Shown here: positions 21,235 to 32,783 of the stretch, piece after piece
How positions within the stretch are numbered: the stretch's first letter is position 1
Layout: every line of letters begins with the position of its first letter
From: Rhodospirillales bacterium
GTDB lineage: Bacteria > Pseudomonadota > Alphaproteobacteria > Bin95
Direction of reading: 5' to 3'
Assembly: GCA_038143065.1 (NCBI GenBank)
Contig: JAYQLI010000035.1
Coordinates: 1,440,894-1,504,893 of the forward strand
DNA: 64,000 nucleotides
Notes under the pieces: model-generated
What the model was told of the DNA's origin: nothing
Database searches by the model: none
Seen by the model: only the letters and a program-made list of their open reading frames with translations
Program-made: the position numbers and the translations under genes

Positions 21235-22940
21235 TTAATTCGGGTCAAACTGAGCTACTGGCAAAGTAACTACAAAACGGGCTCCAATTATCTCATGGTC
21301 AGCCGCTCTTCTATTTTCAGCAATTATTTTTCCGCCTTGCGCTTCAACAATTTGCCGAGAAATTGAAAGGCCGAGCCCCGAATGCTCTCCGAAAACTTCT
21401 TCATCAGGACGTTCCGTATAAAATCTTGCAAAAATGGCATCTTCCTTTCCAGGAGGTATACCGGGCCCATCATCTTCGATGGCAACAATGAAAACATCGC
21501 CAACACGAGATAATCGCATATTAATTTGGCCAGTTATCGGGCTGAAGGATCTGGCATTACTGATTAAATTTTGAAAAACCTGTCCTAGGCGAAGTTCACC
21601 ACCCTTGACCCAAGCTCCCTCCTGAAGCGATTCGGAAATTTCTAAATGGAGTGTAGGAGCCTGTGACTGCACAACTATAGTATTTTCAATCTCCATAAGT
21701 GTTTGAAGCAGCTGAACCAGATCTATCGATTCCATCTCTTCCCTAGACATTTCAGCATCGAGACGCGAAGCATCAGAAATGTCACTTATCAGTCGGTCGA
21801 GGCGGTCAACATCGTTTTGGATCACACCAAGCAAACGCTGGCGTTGGCTTTCATCATTCACACGTAAGACCGTTTCTACTGCGCTTTTTAGCGAAGTCAG
21901 TGGATTTTTTATCTCATGAGCGACATCTGCAGCGAATTGCTCTGTCGCCATCATTCGGCCTTTAATCGCTTCAGTCATATCTCGCAGTGCAACCGACAGA
22001 TCGCCTATCTCATCTTTTCGTTTCGATAGGTCAGGTATCGACTGCTCCAAAGAGCGTCTGCCTCGGTTTCGATCCACTGCATGTGCCAACACTCTTAACG
22101 GACGGGAGATTGCATTTGCGAGATATAGAGAAGCTAAAACCGACAAAAACATTGCAACCGCAAAAACACGAAGGATATCGTAGCGCACCCCCCTAACAGC
22201 CTGCGCTACTCCTTTACCCTCTTGAGAGAGCATCACAGCCCCAATGATCTGCTTAAACCGTTTAGTCGGAGATGTTGCTGTCAAAATCAAACGGCCATCT
22301 GACATGCGTCGAACGGCTCCATCAATTTTTCCCGATAATGCCGAAACAGCTTCCGGGTAATCAAAAGCTGTCTGATTGGGCCCTTCGGTATAAAGAGGCC
22401 GGCGGCGAACAAATTTCTCCCATACTGGAGTTATCAAATCGTAGGCCCTATTGAAAAAAGCTTCAAAGCCACCGGAGGAATTCGGGGTGGTAAATTTTCA
22501 ATTTGAATTAGCCCGCTACCGCCTACCACGCGACGACTGTCGACCATCAATGCAGAATTTGGCGTAAACACTCGGACCCGCGGACGATCAGGATTAGCAA
22601 ATCTGTTAACAAGACGCTTCGCGAGTTCTGGTTGAAGAAACGCTTCAACACCACTGTCTCCACCCTGCTCTATACCAGCACTTTCTCCAAGGGCCTCAGC
22701 CACCAAAGTCGCTTGTGCTTTCAAAACACCAAGCTCGCTCTGTATTAATTGAGATTCATACCGTTCAAGATAAAGAAGGCCAAAAAAAAGAATGCCGGGA
22801 CCAACCAAATTAACCAACAAAACGCCGCGAGCTAATGGCGAAAACCAAAGACGGCCATGTCGATGAGAGGTTGAAACATTACGTTGGATTACCCAATCCC
22901 ATAGTGCCACACTCGGCGCAATGAAAATTCGGCGCAACAA
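21235..22940 (-). CDS. chvG: Sensor histidine kinase ChvG/ExoS; frameshift near 22450
   Basis: TM, periplasmic, HAMP (DEIGDLS), FAADVAHEIKNPLTS, NLISNARSFS, RFYTERP, SGLGLSIS; follows chvI. Confidence 0.92.
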
Positions 22941-22945
22941 AGCTT

Positions 22946-23644
22946 CTATTCAGCCTTATACCGATAACCCACACCGTACAAAGTCTCGATATGGTTAAAT
23001 TGAGGATCACATTGTCTCATCTTTTTCCGCAAGCGCTTGATGTGACTATCAATTGTTCGGTCATCAACATAAATGCTATCGCCGTAAGCTGCATCCATTA
23101 ACTGATCACGGGTTTTGACGAAGCCAGGACGAATAGCTAAGGCTTTTAAAAGCAGAAACTCTGTCACTGTTAAATTCACCTGATCGCCTTTCCAGAGACA
23201 GAGGTGGCGAGCTCCGTCCATCACAAGATGGCCTCTTGTAAATTGCTCTGCTCCAGCCTGTGCTGTTTCCTCTCCTATATCTACGCGGCGAAGCAAAGTA
23301 CGAATGCGCTCTACTAATAGTCTTTGAGAAAATGGCTTACGGATGTAATCGTCTGCACCTAGGCGCAGGCCAAGAACTTCATCAACTTCATCATCTTTTG
23401 ACGTCAAAAAAATAACTGGAAGAGCTGTTGTCCGACTACGCAGCTTTTGAAGGAGCTCCATTCCATCCATGCGAGGCATTTTGATATCAAGTACGGCAAG
23501 GTCAACTGGAGCCTGTCGAATACCGCGCAGAGCCTGCTCACCGTCGGTATAGGTGTCCACACCAAACCCTTCTGCCTCGAGTGCAATTGAGACGGAAGTT
23601 AAGATGTTTCGGTCGTCGTCAACCAGAGCGATACGATGAACCAT
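22946..23644 (-). CDS. chvI: Response regulator ChvI
   Basis: [65 protein letters not shown]. Confidence 0.96.
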   Translation of the reverse strand: MVHRIALVDDDRNILTSVSIALEAEGFGVDTYTDGEQALRGIRQAPVDLAVLDIKMPRMDGMELLQKLRSRTTALPVIFLTSKDDEVDEVLGLRLGADDYIRKPFSQRLLVERIRTLLRRVDIGEETAQAGAEQFTRGHLVMDGARHLCLWKGDQVNLTVTEFLLLKALAIRPGFVKTRDQLMDAAYGDSIYVDDRTIDSHIKRLRKKMRQCDPQFNHIETLYGVGYRYKAE

Positions 23645-23951
23645 GATGGAGGCCGTCCTTTACGCTTGAGTACTACTATAAAGGAATGGCTGTAGATTGT
23701 GACCACAATTAGTCATCAACGCACCAGTTATGCCGCAATTGGCACAATGCTTCCATTTACTTCAAAACTAATAAAATTCGCGCTATAATTGATCTTTGCA
23801 GAACATTCGAAGATCTAGCACTGAAAATTCTCTTAGGCCGTCGAACAAGGATCTACTGCCTTCAACGAATACAAATCTGCATGCGATCCGCGAAATCCTT
23901 ATCTTAACGATTTAAACGCAATGTACGGCCCTAAGGTGCAGATAAAAATTT

Positions 23952-24968
23952 TTACAATCCCTGCAATACTTTCGGCATAACCTCCTTGGCAAAAATTTCC
24001 ATGGAGTCCATAACTTGAGAGTGCGGGGTTCCTAAGGACTGAAAAGCCGGTATCACGGCAGTCACACCAAGCTGGCGGCCATAGCCAATCAACTGCTCTG
24101 CCACCTGATCAGGCGACCCAAGTAAAAATCTATCCTCAAGTAGCTCTTCAAACGGCAGGTCGAGGTTATTATCTCCGTCCGCCATGGACTTATCTTGTCC
24201 CCACGCATGGTAAGATTTGTATTTTGCCTCAAGAGGGTCTTGCGATGCGAATTGCCTCAGCTTCTGTCGCTCCAAGGTAGCATTCTCGCATAATGGGCAG
24301 TACTTTTGGCTCTGATTTACCGGCGGCCTCCAATGCGCGTCGATACACATCGAGCTGCCGTTCTATTGTTGCCATAGTTTGATGAGGGTTAATGAACCAT
24401 GCATCTGCCATTCTCGCTGCGCGTTCAATTCCAGCATCAACATTAGCGCCAATCCAAAAGGTGGATTGGGTTTCTGCAAGGGTTTTACGGAACAAGAAGC
24501 ATTGTCTAACTCGAAATGAGAGCCTTTCATATTCACCGCTTCTTCGGTCCAGAGACGACGGATAGCCACCAGGTTTTCCTCAAACCGACGGCCTCTTTCC
24601 CTAGCGGTCGTACCAAATGCTTTAAATTCGACCTCACGATAGCCAATACCTGAACCGAACACCAAGCGTCCGCCAGACATCACATCAATAGCTGCGAGCT
24701 GCTCGGCTATATCAAGAGGCTTATGCAACGGTAAAAGCACAATACCCGTAACAAGTTTGATACTAGGTGCTTCCACCATAACACGTGCTAAAAATGGTGT
24801 CTGCTGAAGAGCCTGCACCGGGGACATCGAATAGTGTTGTCCCTTGGTTAGGTAACTATAGCCAAGCTTGTCTGCCAAACGGGCACACTCACACGCCTTG
24901 GCAAAAGCATCTTGCATATCCGTGCCTGAGGGATACTGACCTCTCATGCTAAAGCCATATTCCATCAT
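23952..24968 (-). CDS. LLM class flavin-dependent oxidoreductase; two frameshifts
   Basis: ADKLGY..GQHY, TGIVLLPLH.PLDIAEQ, SGGRLVFGSGIGYR, GSPDQVAEQL, FAKEVMP, across three adjacent ORFs. Confidence 0.87.
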
Positions 24969-25042
24969 TTTTCCTCTCTTGATACACCGATACTTCCTAA
25001 TGCTAACATGCAGTCAATCAGTACACACGAAGGGCTGCGCTC

Positions 25043-26076
25043 ATGAAAGGCATTGTTTTTACTGGAGACCGGAAACTAGAACTTATGGAGTTTCCAGATC
25101 CAGAACCAGGCCCACGAGACGTAATTCTGGAGATTAAAGCGTCCGGTATGTGCGGAACGGATCTAGGCCTTTATCGCCGCTCATCTGCTTCAATCACCGA
25201 GAGCGGCCTAATTATTGGCGGGCATGAACCTTCCGGCATAGTGGCAGCTGTTGGAAAGGGAGTCTTAGAGACAGAAGCTCGTGTTGGTGACCGAGTTATG
25301 GATCATCACTATGAGGGCTGTGGACACTGTAGACACTGCAAGACTGGCTGGACCCAAAGTTGCGTAGAGGGACCAATTGTTTATGGCAACCGTGGTGGAC
25401 ATGGCGCTCACGCTAAGTACATGAAAGTGCCAGTCCATACACTTGTTCCACTACCAGAAGAGCTTTCCTTCCAAACCGGCGCCGCTATCGCATGTGGAAC
25501 CGGTACCGCTTATGGAGCACTAAAGCGGCTAGGCTTGGAGGGTGACGAAACGATCGCCGTTTTCGGACAAGGACCAGTTGGTCTATCAGCAACCCAATTA
25601 GCTGCAGCAATGGGCGCACGCGTCATAGCAGTTGATCCAGAATCTGATAGACGCGAAATGGCTTTGAGCCGGGGGCAGAGATTGCCCTCGATCCTAGTGA
25701 CGGTAAAGTTGTTCAAGCAATCATGGATCTGACACACGGCGAGGGCGCTGATAAATCTCTCGACGCAACTAATTCCGCCGACGCTCGCCGAAATGCAGTT
25801 CAATCAACCAGGACATTCGGCAGCTCTGTAATGGTGGGGGTTGGTGGAGAAATCACACTTCAGGTTCTTCCTGATCTTATTCGCAGACAATTAACACTTA
25901 TTGGTCATCAAACTTTTTCTAAGGTTGGACAGGCCGACTGCGCCCGTTTCGTTGCCTCACGAAAGATCGATATCGACAGCTTATTTACCCACAAATGGAA
26001 ATTACATCAGGCTGAAGAAGCATATGATTTGTTTGATCAACAGAAGACAGGCAAGGGTTTCTTCGAACCCGCCTGA
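25043..26076 (+). CDS. Zinc-binding alcohol dehydrogenase (MDR); frameshift near 25670
   Basis: GMCGTD, GHEPSG, CGHCRHC..C, GQGPVG. Confidence 0.9.
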
Positions 26077-26149
26077 CATCTCAAAGATACCAAAAATGGG
26101 GCAATATTAATTATCTAAATCTTCGAGAAAGTATTTGGAGGAGGCCAAC

Positions 26150-27761
26150 ATGGCTGACAATGAATTTGATTATATTGTTATTGGTTCCGGCTCTGCTGGG
26201 GGCGCTGTGCTGGGAAGATTATCAGAAAATGGTCGCTTCAAAGTCCTTTGCTTAGAGGCAGGAACAAAAGGAGCAAAATATATCTGGACTCGTCCTCCAG
26301 CTGGAGCCGCTAATCTCGTAGATAATCCAGCTGCCAACTGGCGCTATCAATCAGAAAGCCATGAAGGTCATGGTAATCGGCAAATATATGTTCCAAGAGG
26401 TAAAATTCTTGGTGGCTCGAGTGCAATCAATGGAACTATCTATAATCGCGGCCAAAAGCTGACTACGACACATGGGGACAAATGGGTTGCCGTGGTTGGA
26501 GCTTTGAAGATGTTCTCCCATTTTTAAAAAAAATCGAAAGTACTGATATTGGTGATGATGCCCATCGTGGCCGCAGTGGTCCTATCAGAGTAACCGAAGC
26601 GGCCAAACTAACACCCTTCTATGATCTATTTATCGACGCAGCAAAAGCTCAGGGACTTCCTCATAATCCTGATTATAGCGGTGAGACACAAGAAGGTGTC
26701 GCGATGGCTCAACAGACAGTGTTCAAGGGAGAAAGAGAAAGCACTGCGGTCAAATACATAGAGCCAGCACGTAAGCGGTCTAACGTCACGGTTCATTCCG
26801 GTGCCGAGGCTGAAGAACTTCTTTTTGAGGGCAAACGGTGCATTGGCGTCACGTTTAGAAGGAATGGAAGATTAGAAAAGGCATTTGCGGCGCGTGAGGT
26901 AATTGTTTCATGCGGGACCGCCAATTCACCCAAATTGTTAGAGTTATCTGGGATAGGCAACCCAAAAATTTTATCTGAGCACGGCATCAAAACATTCCAT
27001 GAACTGCAGGGCGTGGGTGAAAATCTGCGAGATCATTTTGGTCCAATCCTGAAATGGCGTTTTAATCAGGAAGGGTTATCTCTTGCGAAACGAGGGCAAG
27101 GAGCGCGGTTTGCTCTAGAGATTGCAAAATATGTGACCCTACGTAAGGGTTTCATTTCTCAAGGTATTGGCACTTTACGCGTATTTGCTCGGTCTAGGCC
27201 AGAATTAGAAAATCCAGACGTGATGATGGTTGTGGCGCCGTACATGATAGAAATGCGCGGAGGAAGAAGTCGGCGTATGTCGCCTATAGAGGGTTTCTTT
27301 ATGTATTCTCATGCCCAAAGAACAGAAAGTATGGGCACAATGCATATTGGCTCCGCTGACCCGTCTGCACCCCCAAAAATTGGGTATCGCTTTTTGCAAA
27401 CTACAAACGACCGTTTATTGGCTATTGCCTCCATCAGAATGGCGCGAGCTATCGTGGAAAGTCCTCCGCTAGCTGAAACAATTGCTGAAGAATTGGCCCC
27501 AGGTGCCAATGTACAAAGTGATAACGAAATTCTGGAATATGTTCGAAATGAAGGTACAATCACTCACCATATGATTGGTACTTGTAAAATGGGCCATGAC
27601 CCAATGGCTGTAGTTGATGACCGTCTGCGCATTCATGGACTAGAGGGGATCCGTGTTGCCGACGCTTCAATTATGCCCACCCTCACATCAGGAAATACCA
27701 ACATCCCTAGCATAATGATTGGTGAGAAATGTGCAGCGATGGTTTGGAAGATGCAGCTTGA
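26150..27761 (+). CDS. GMC oxidoreductase; frameshifts near 26460 and 27744
   Basis: FDYIVIGSGSAG, PRGKILGGSSAING, GENLRDH, HHMIGTCKMG, RVADASIMP, SGNTNIP. The true end is likely VLEDAA-TGA at 27761. Confidence 0.9.
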
Positions 27762-27789
27762 CCACCGGTGGCTGGATTGGGGTGGTGTT

Positions 27790-27906
27790 ATGCCACCAAA
27801 CGAGAGCTTTTTAGGAAAAGCACCAAAAGAATTAGCTCTAAAACCAAATCTCCCGATCGTAGATACGCATCTGCACCTATGGCAGTTATTTCCTGAGCAA
27901 CCCTAA
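27790..27906 (+). pseudogene. N-terminal remnant of an amidohydrolase_2-family gene
   Basis: MPPNESFLGKAPKELALKPNLPIVDTHLHLW matches the typical LPIVDxHxHLW start of this family, then stops. Confidence 0.55.
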
Positions 27907-27940
27907 AGTCTCATGAATACTCGATACGAAAGCTTAGAAT

Positions 27941-28710
27941 ATGAAAACTCTTGAAGGCAAAATTGCTTGGATAACAGGCGCTGGAACAGGCATTGGCCGG
28001 GAGGCGCTCGCGCTAGCAGAAGCGGGTGCCTTCATAATACTTTCGGGCCGAAGAAAAACGCAGCTTGAGGATGTTAAGAGCACTATTCTTGCAGCAGGAG
28101 GAAATGCAGTGACCGCTCCACTAGACATCGTAGACGTTGAAGCTTGCGACAAGACCGTAGAATTTATTCTCGGAGCGCATAATCGGCTTGATATTGTGGT
28201 CAATAGTGCAGGGCTGAATGTACCCAAGCGGAAATGGAAAGAAATTTCCCATGATGATTGGCGCAAGGTCTTAGATGTCGACCTTGGGGGCGCATACAAC
28301 GTCTGTCAGGCTGCCCTGAAACCAATGCGTGTTCAGCGTGATGGCCTTATTATCAATGTATCGTCGATGGCAAGCCAGCGGTCGGTGGTGTTTCTGGATT
28401 TTCGTACACCGCTGCAAAGACCGGACTTAACGCATTGAACGAGAGTATAAATCACGAACATTGTCATTTAGGCATTCGGGCATGCGCGCTCTGTCCTGGA
28501 GAGGTAGCCACTGAGATCCTCACTAAACGGCCAATACCCCCTAGTCCTGAAGACCAAGCTCGCATGATTCAAGAAAGCGATATGGGAAGGGCTATTCGTT
28601 TTATTGCTGAGACTCCAGCTCATCTTTGCCTAAATGAGTTTCATATCACTCCAACCTGGAACAGGGGATATATCGGGGCGTCAGATAGGGTCTTCTCTCG
28701 CGATGACTGA
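27941..28710 (+). CDS. SDR family oxidoreductase; frameshift near 28380
   Basis: TGAGTGIG, VNSAG, INVSSMA, (S)YTAAK, GIRACALCPGEVATEIL. Confidence 0.88.
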
Positions 28711-29862
28711 CCCCTCTCTCGAAGCCGAGGCTAAAACTATACACGACCGGTTGCTAACCGTTGATACTCACATCGACACGGGCCCGGGCTTCATGACATC
28801 AATACTTGACCCTGGGCGTATTACCCACGCCCAGGTTGACTTACCCAAAATGCGGATTGGTGGCCTCGATGCAGGCTTTTTCATTGTCTATACTGGACAA
28901 GGAACCTGTGACGATGAAGGCTATGCTGCGGCAAGGCTTGCGGCAGAGCAAAAATTCATTGGAATTTCCCGAATGTTTCGGGCCTACCCAAAAGAGATTG
29001 GTCACGCACGAACCGCAAAAGATGTTCTGGAAATTCATGCCACAGGCCGCCTTGTTGGCCTTATAGGGATGGAAAATGCCTATCCGTTGGGAGGTTCAAT
29101 CGATGATCTTCCAATGTGGGCGGCCAGAGGCGTTTGTTATATTTCAATAACACATTTTGGAAACAACCAATTCGGTTGTAGTAGCAACCCTAATTTCAAT
29201 CGAGGCGATAGCAAGGAAGATACTGGCTTAACAGTGTTTGGCGAGAAACTTATTTCTGCAATGAATGATGCAGGAATCATGGTTGATCTGAGCCATGTTG
29301 GAAGACGAACCAGTCTTGAAGCACTTTCGGCTTCTCGAGCGCCAGTTATTGCCTCCCATTCAAGTGTTAATGCAGTTTTCGAACATAGTCGCAACCTAGA
29401 TGATGAGCAGCTCCATGCCATCCGCGACAAAGGTGGCGTCGCACAAATGTGCGCATTTCGTGGTTACCTGGGCTCCGTCGCAACCCCAGTGTCATCTGCC
29501 TTATCAGCGCTTCGAAATCGTCTAGGGCTAAACTCGTCCTCTGACACACTAAACGCAAGCCCAGATAAGCTTGCAGCGTACAGAAGAGAACGTGCAGAAA
29601 TTTATTCCCAACACCCGGACATCACAGTCACACACTTCGTTGACCACATAGACTACGCAGTTAAAAAAATAGGGATCGACCATGTTGGTATTGCCAGTGA
29701 TTTTGATGGTGGCGGAGGAATAGAGGCTGGGATACCGCAGAAGAAAGCCCCAATGTAACAATAGAGTTACTGCGCCGAAATTACTCTGAAACAGATTTAG
29801 AAAAATTATGGGGCGGAAACATTCTTAGGGTCATGAATGAAGTGCAAGCCCTAGCGCGCTAA
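28703..29862 (+). CDS. Membrane dipeptidase (peptidase M19) family; frameshift near 29725
   Basis: DTHID, VDLPKM, GMENAY, DLSH, ASHS, RNLDD, DHVGIASDFDGGG, KLWGGNILRV. Confidence 0.9.
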
Positions 29863-29928
29863 ATATTCAGAAGCTGGGCCAAAAGCACAGCAAGCGCCTC
29901 AACGATAAAGCTTAGTCACGCGGTGCAA

Positions 29929-30004
<76 letters not shown>

Positions 30005-30084
30005 GATTTACACTGCACAAGCAGAGCTCTAAAGAGACGATTTAACCTTGAAGGCTGAGAAGCGCAATACCTCTGGAACAATCC

Positions 30085-30420
30085 CTAATCGTCGTCGTCA
30101 TCTCCACCGATGTTAACTCGGGAGAGCTCTGGATCATCATCATCATCATCATCATCGTCATCATCGTCATCTAAAACAACGTCATCGTCGTCGTCACCGA
30201 TGCCATCATCATCTAGATCAATATCATCATCGACATCAGCGGAACGCTCTTTCTTTGCTACCTTTGGCTCAGAAGGCTCAGTACGCTTACCCGCAATATA
30301 TGCCTCAAGAGGGTTCAGATGACCGCAATGAGGGCAAGGTGCCGGATCGCGTAATAGATCATAGAATTGATCACCACATTCAAAGCAGCGGCGCTTTTTT
30401 CCTCGGGCAGCTAGATCCAT
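30085..30420 (-). CDS. TIGR02300 / FYDLN-acid family protein
   Basis: GKKRRCFECG..FYDLL..PCPHCG zinc ribbon with an Asp-rich tail; typical position between tRNA-Ala and aroA. Confidence 0.9.
   Translation of the reverse strand: MDLAARGKKRRCFECGDQFYDLLRDPAPCPHCGHLNPLEAYIAGKRTEPSEPKVAKKERSADVDDDIDLDDDGIGDDDDDVVLDDDDDDDDDDDDDPELSRVNIGGDDDDD
30133..30232 (-). repeat. (GAT/GAC)n low-complexity tract encoding poly-Asp
   Basis: Runs of atc/gtc triplets on the + strand inside TIGR02300. Confidence 0.8.
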
Positions 30421-30558
30421 AAAGAACTCTCCAACTCAATAGTGTCTTCATTCCATAGAAAACGACGGCGCGGAATTGCCAGAAAGGTCACGACCTGTCA
30501 AATACCATCTGTACGCCGTATCGCCGCAGATGAATATAGTAGGAGACTTAAAACCAAA

Positions 30559-31931
30559 ATGGGATCCCCCTTCTCCACCGCGAAGCTCGCGGCTCCGCTA
30601 TTCGCCATTCAAGCCAAAACGGGCCTGAAGGAGATATTCGTCCGCCGGGTGATAAGTCAATTTCTCATCGTTCACTTTTATTGAATGCGATGGCTGTAGG
30701 ACACTCCTGTGTGACAGGACTTCTCGAAGGAGAAGATGTCATCGACATGGCAAAAGCCTTAAGGCAGCTCGGAGCGACTATTGAACGTCGCGAAGTAGAG
30801 ACAGGCATTGAGTGGCATATTGACGGCGTTGGCGTTCAAGGCTTTCAAGAGCCAGAAAATATTTTGAACATGGGCAACTCCGGCACAGCTGCAAGGCTAT
30901 TAGCAGGAGCTATAGCTGGCTGCAGAAACTTTGCCGTTATGACAGGAGATGCATCACTTCGCTCTCGACCAATGGCACGAGTAACAGAACCTCTAACCAT
31001 GATGGGAGCTCAATTCTGGACAAGTTCTAATGGCAGATTGCCGATGGCAATTCGAGGTGCCGCAAACCCAATACCTCTAGACTTCACCTCTCCTGTAGCC
31101 TCAGCCCAAGTGAAATCAGCTTTGCTGTTAGCTGGGCTTGCCGCACCGGGCGAAACTCGAATTGTTGAACCCGTCATGAGCCGTGACCACACCGAGCGGA
31201 TGCTTTCCCGCATGGGTGCATCAATACAGAGTGGCCCAGCAATCGGTGAAAATGGGTGGGAAGTGCGCTTAGTGGGCCAGCCAGAGTTATGTGCTATAGA
31301 CGTAGACGTTCCAGCAGATATTTCATCGGCCGCATTCCCAATGGTAGCTACACTTATTACTCCAGGCTCAGAAGTTCGTCTCAATCATATAGGGCTTAAC
31401 CAAGCACGAGCAGGACTAGTCACAACACTGCAAGAAATGGGGGGCGATATAGAAGTAGTTAATACGCGTGACGTAGGGGGTGAACCTGTTGGAGATATTT
31501 TAGTTCGTCCCTCGAGCCTCAAGGGCATCGATGTCCCAGCAGCTCGCGCTGCTTCAATGATAGATGAGTATCCAATTCTAGCTATCGCAGCGGCAGCGGC
31601 TGAAGGTCAAACAAGAATGCGGGGCATAGGAGAGTTGAGGGTAAAGGAAAGTGATCGAATAGCATTAATGACTGAAGGCCTAGCTTCTGCTGGGGTTAAA
31701 GTAACTGAGTCTAAAGATGAATTGCTTGTTACTGGATCTAGCCAGATACAAGGAAACTGTACTGTCAGCACTGCGCTGGACCATAGAATCGCTATGTCAT
31801 TTTTAATCCTTGGACTTATCTCGAAGCATCCAATAACCATCGATGACTCAAGTCCTATCTCCACAAGTTTTCCAAGCTTTCAAGCATTGATGGCATCCCT
31901 TGGGGCTGAATTTGGAACACCCAATCAATGA
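30559..31931 (+). CDS. aroA: EPSP synthase; frameshift near 30630
   Basis: PGDKSISHR, GNSGT, RPMARV, SAQVKSA, RDHTE, DISSAAF, IDEYP, ELRVKESDR, DHRIAMS. Confidence 0.96.
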
Positions 31932-32572
31932 TAATAGCAATTGATGGTCCTGCAGCATCGGGGAAAGGTACCCTCGCCCGAAACCTAGCCAAACATTTCG
32001 GCCTTAATTATCTAGACACCGGGCTTATTTACAGAGCAGTCGGAGCAATCGTTCTTGAAAAGGGGAAAGATCCATCTGATCCTTTATCTGCAACCAAGGC
32101 GGCGCAGTCCCTTACAAACAATGACCTTGATCGCGATGATCTTCGAAGTGAAGCGTCAGCAGCCGCAGCCTCAAAGGTTGCGGCGATCCCCGGTGTGCGT
32201 GCAGCACTACTAGCATTTCAGCAGCATTTTGCGGCGAGCCCTCCCGGCGCCGTTCTAGATGGACGTGATATTGGAACCGTAGTTTGCCCAAAAGCAGACA
32301 TAAAGTTCTATTTGCTTGCCTCTGCAGAAATTCGTGCACGTAGACGGGTGAAAGAGTTGCAGGACCGGGGAGAAGAGGCTATATACGCGTCCGTTCTAAG
32401 CGACCTTCGGGCGCGTGATGAACGGGACAGTGGCCGCAGTACTGCACCACTGAAGCCTGCGTCGGATGCTTTTGGCCTCGATACAGATAGTCTAAACGCT
32501 GAGGCAGTGTTTAAGATTGCTGTTGAAACCATCGAAGAGCGATTTGCACCCAACAAGCGCAGCGGGTCCTAA
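31928..32572 (+). CDS. cmk: Cytidylate kinase
   Basis: IAIDGPAASGKGT, LDTGLIYR, DGRDIGTVV. Confidence 0.97.
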   Translation: MIIAIDGPAASGKGTLARNLAKHFGLNYLDTGLIYRAVGAIVLEKGKDPSDPLSATKAAQSLTNNDLDRDDLRSEASAAAASKVAAIPGVRAALLAFQQHFAASPPGAVLDGRDIGTVVCPKADIKFYLLASAEIRARRRVKELQDRGEEAIYASVLSDLRARDERDSGRSTAPLKPASDAFGLDTDSLNAEAVFKIAVETIEERFAPNKRSGS

Positions 32573-32783
32573 CAGCGTACTTTCCCGGTCGCTGTTTCGG
32601 GCGCTACAGGAGGGCGCCAAGGATTAATTCTCGTTCGATAGCGTCCAGACGAGGCAAGCGCGGTTCAAAAATCAATCCAACCTTTCGCTCAATGGCGGGG
32701 CCGAAGACGGCTGACTGTTTTATTGAGCGTACAACCCAAAGGCAAAGCGCTTGATTGCGCTCAGCCCGCACGAGATGAAAAAT

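Noticed and set aside
30110-30322. Poly-Ser ORF or microsatellite element
   Set aside because: It is the antisense reading of the poly-Asp tail normal for TIGR02300 proteins.
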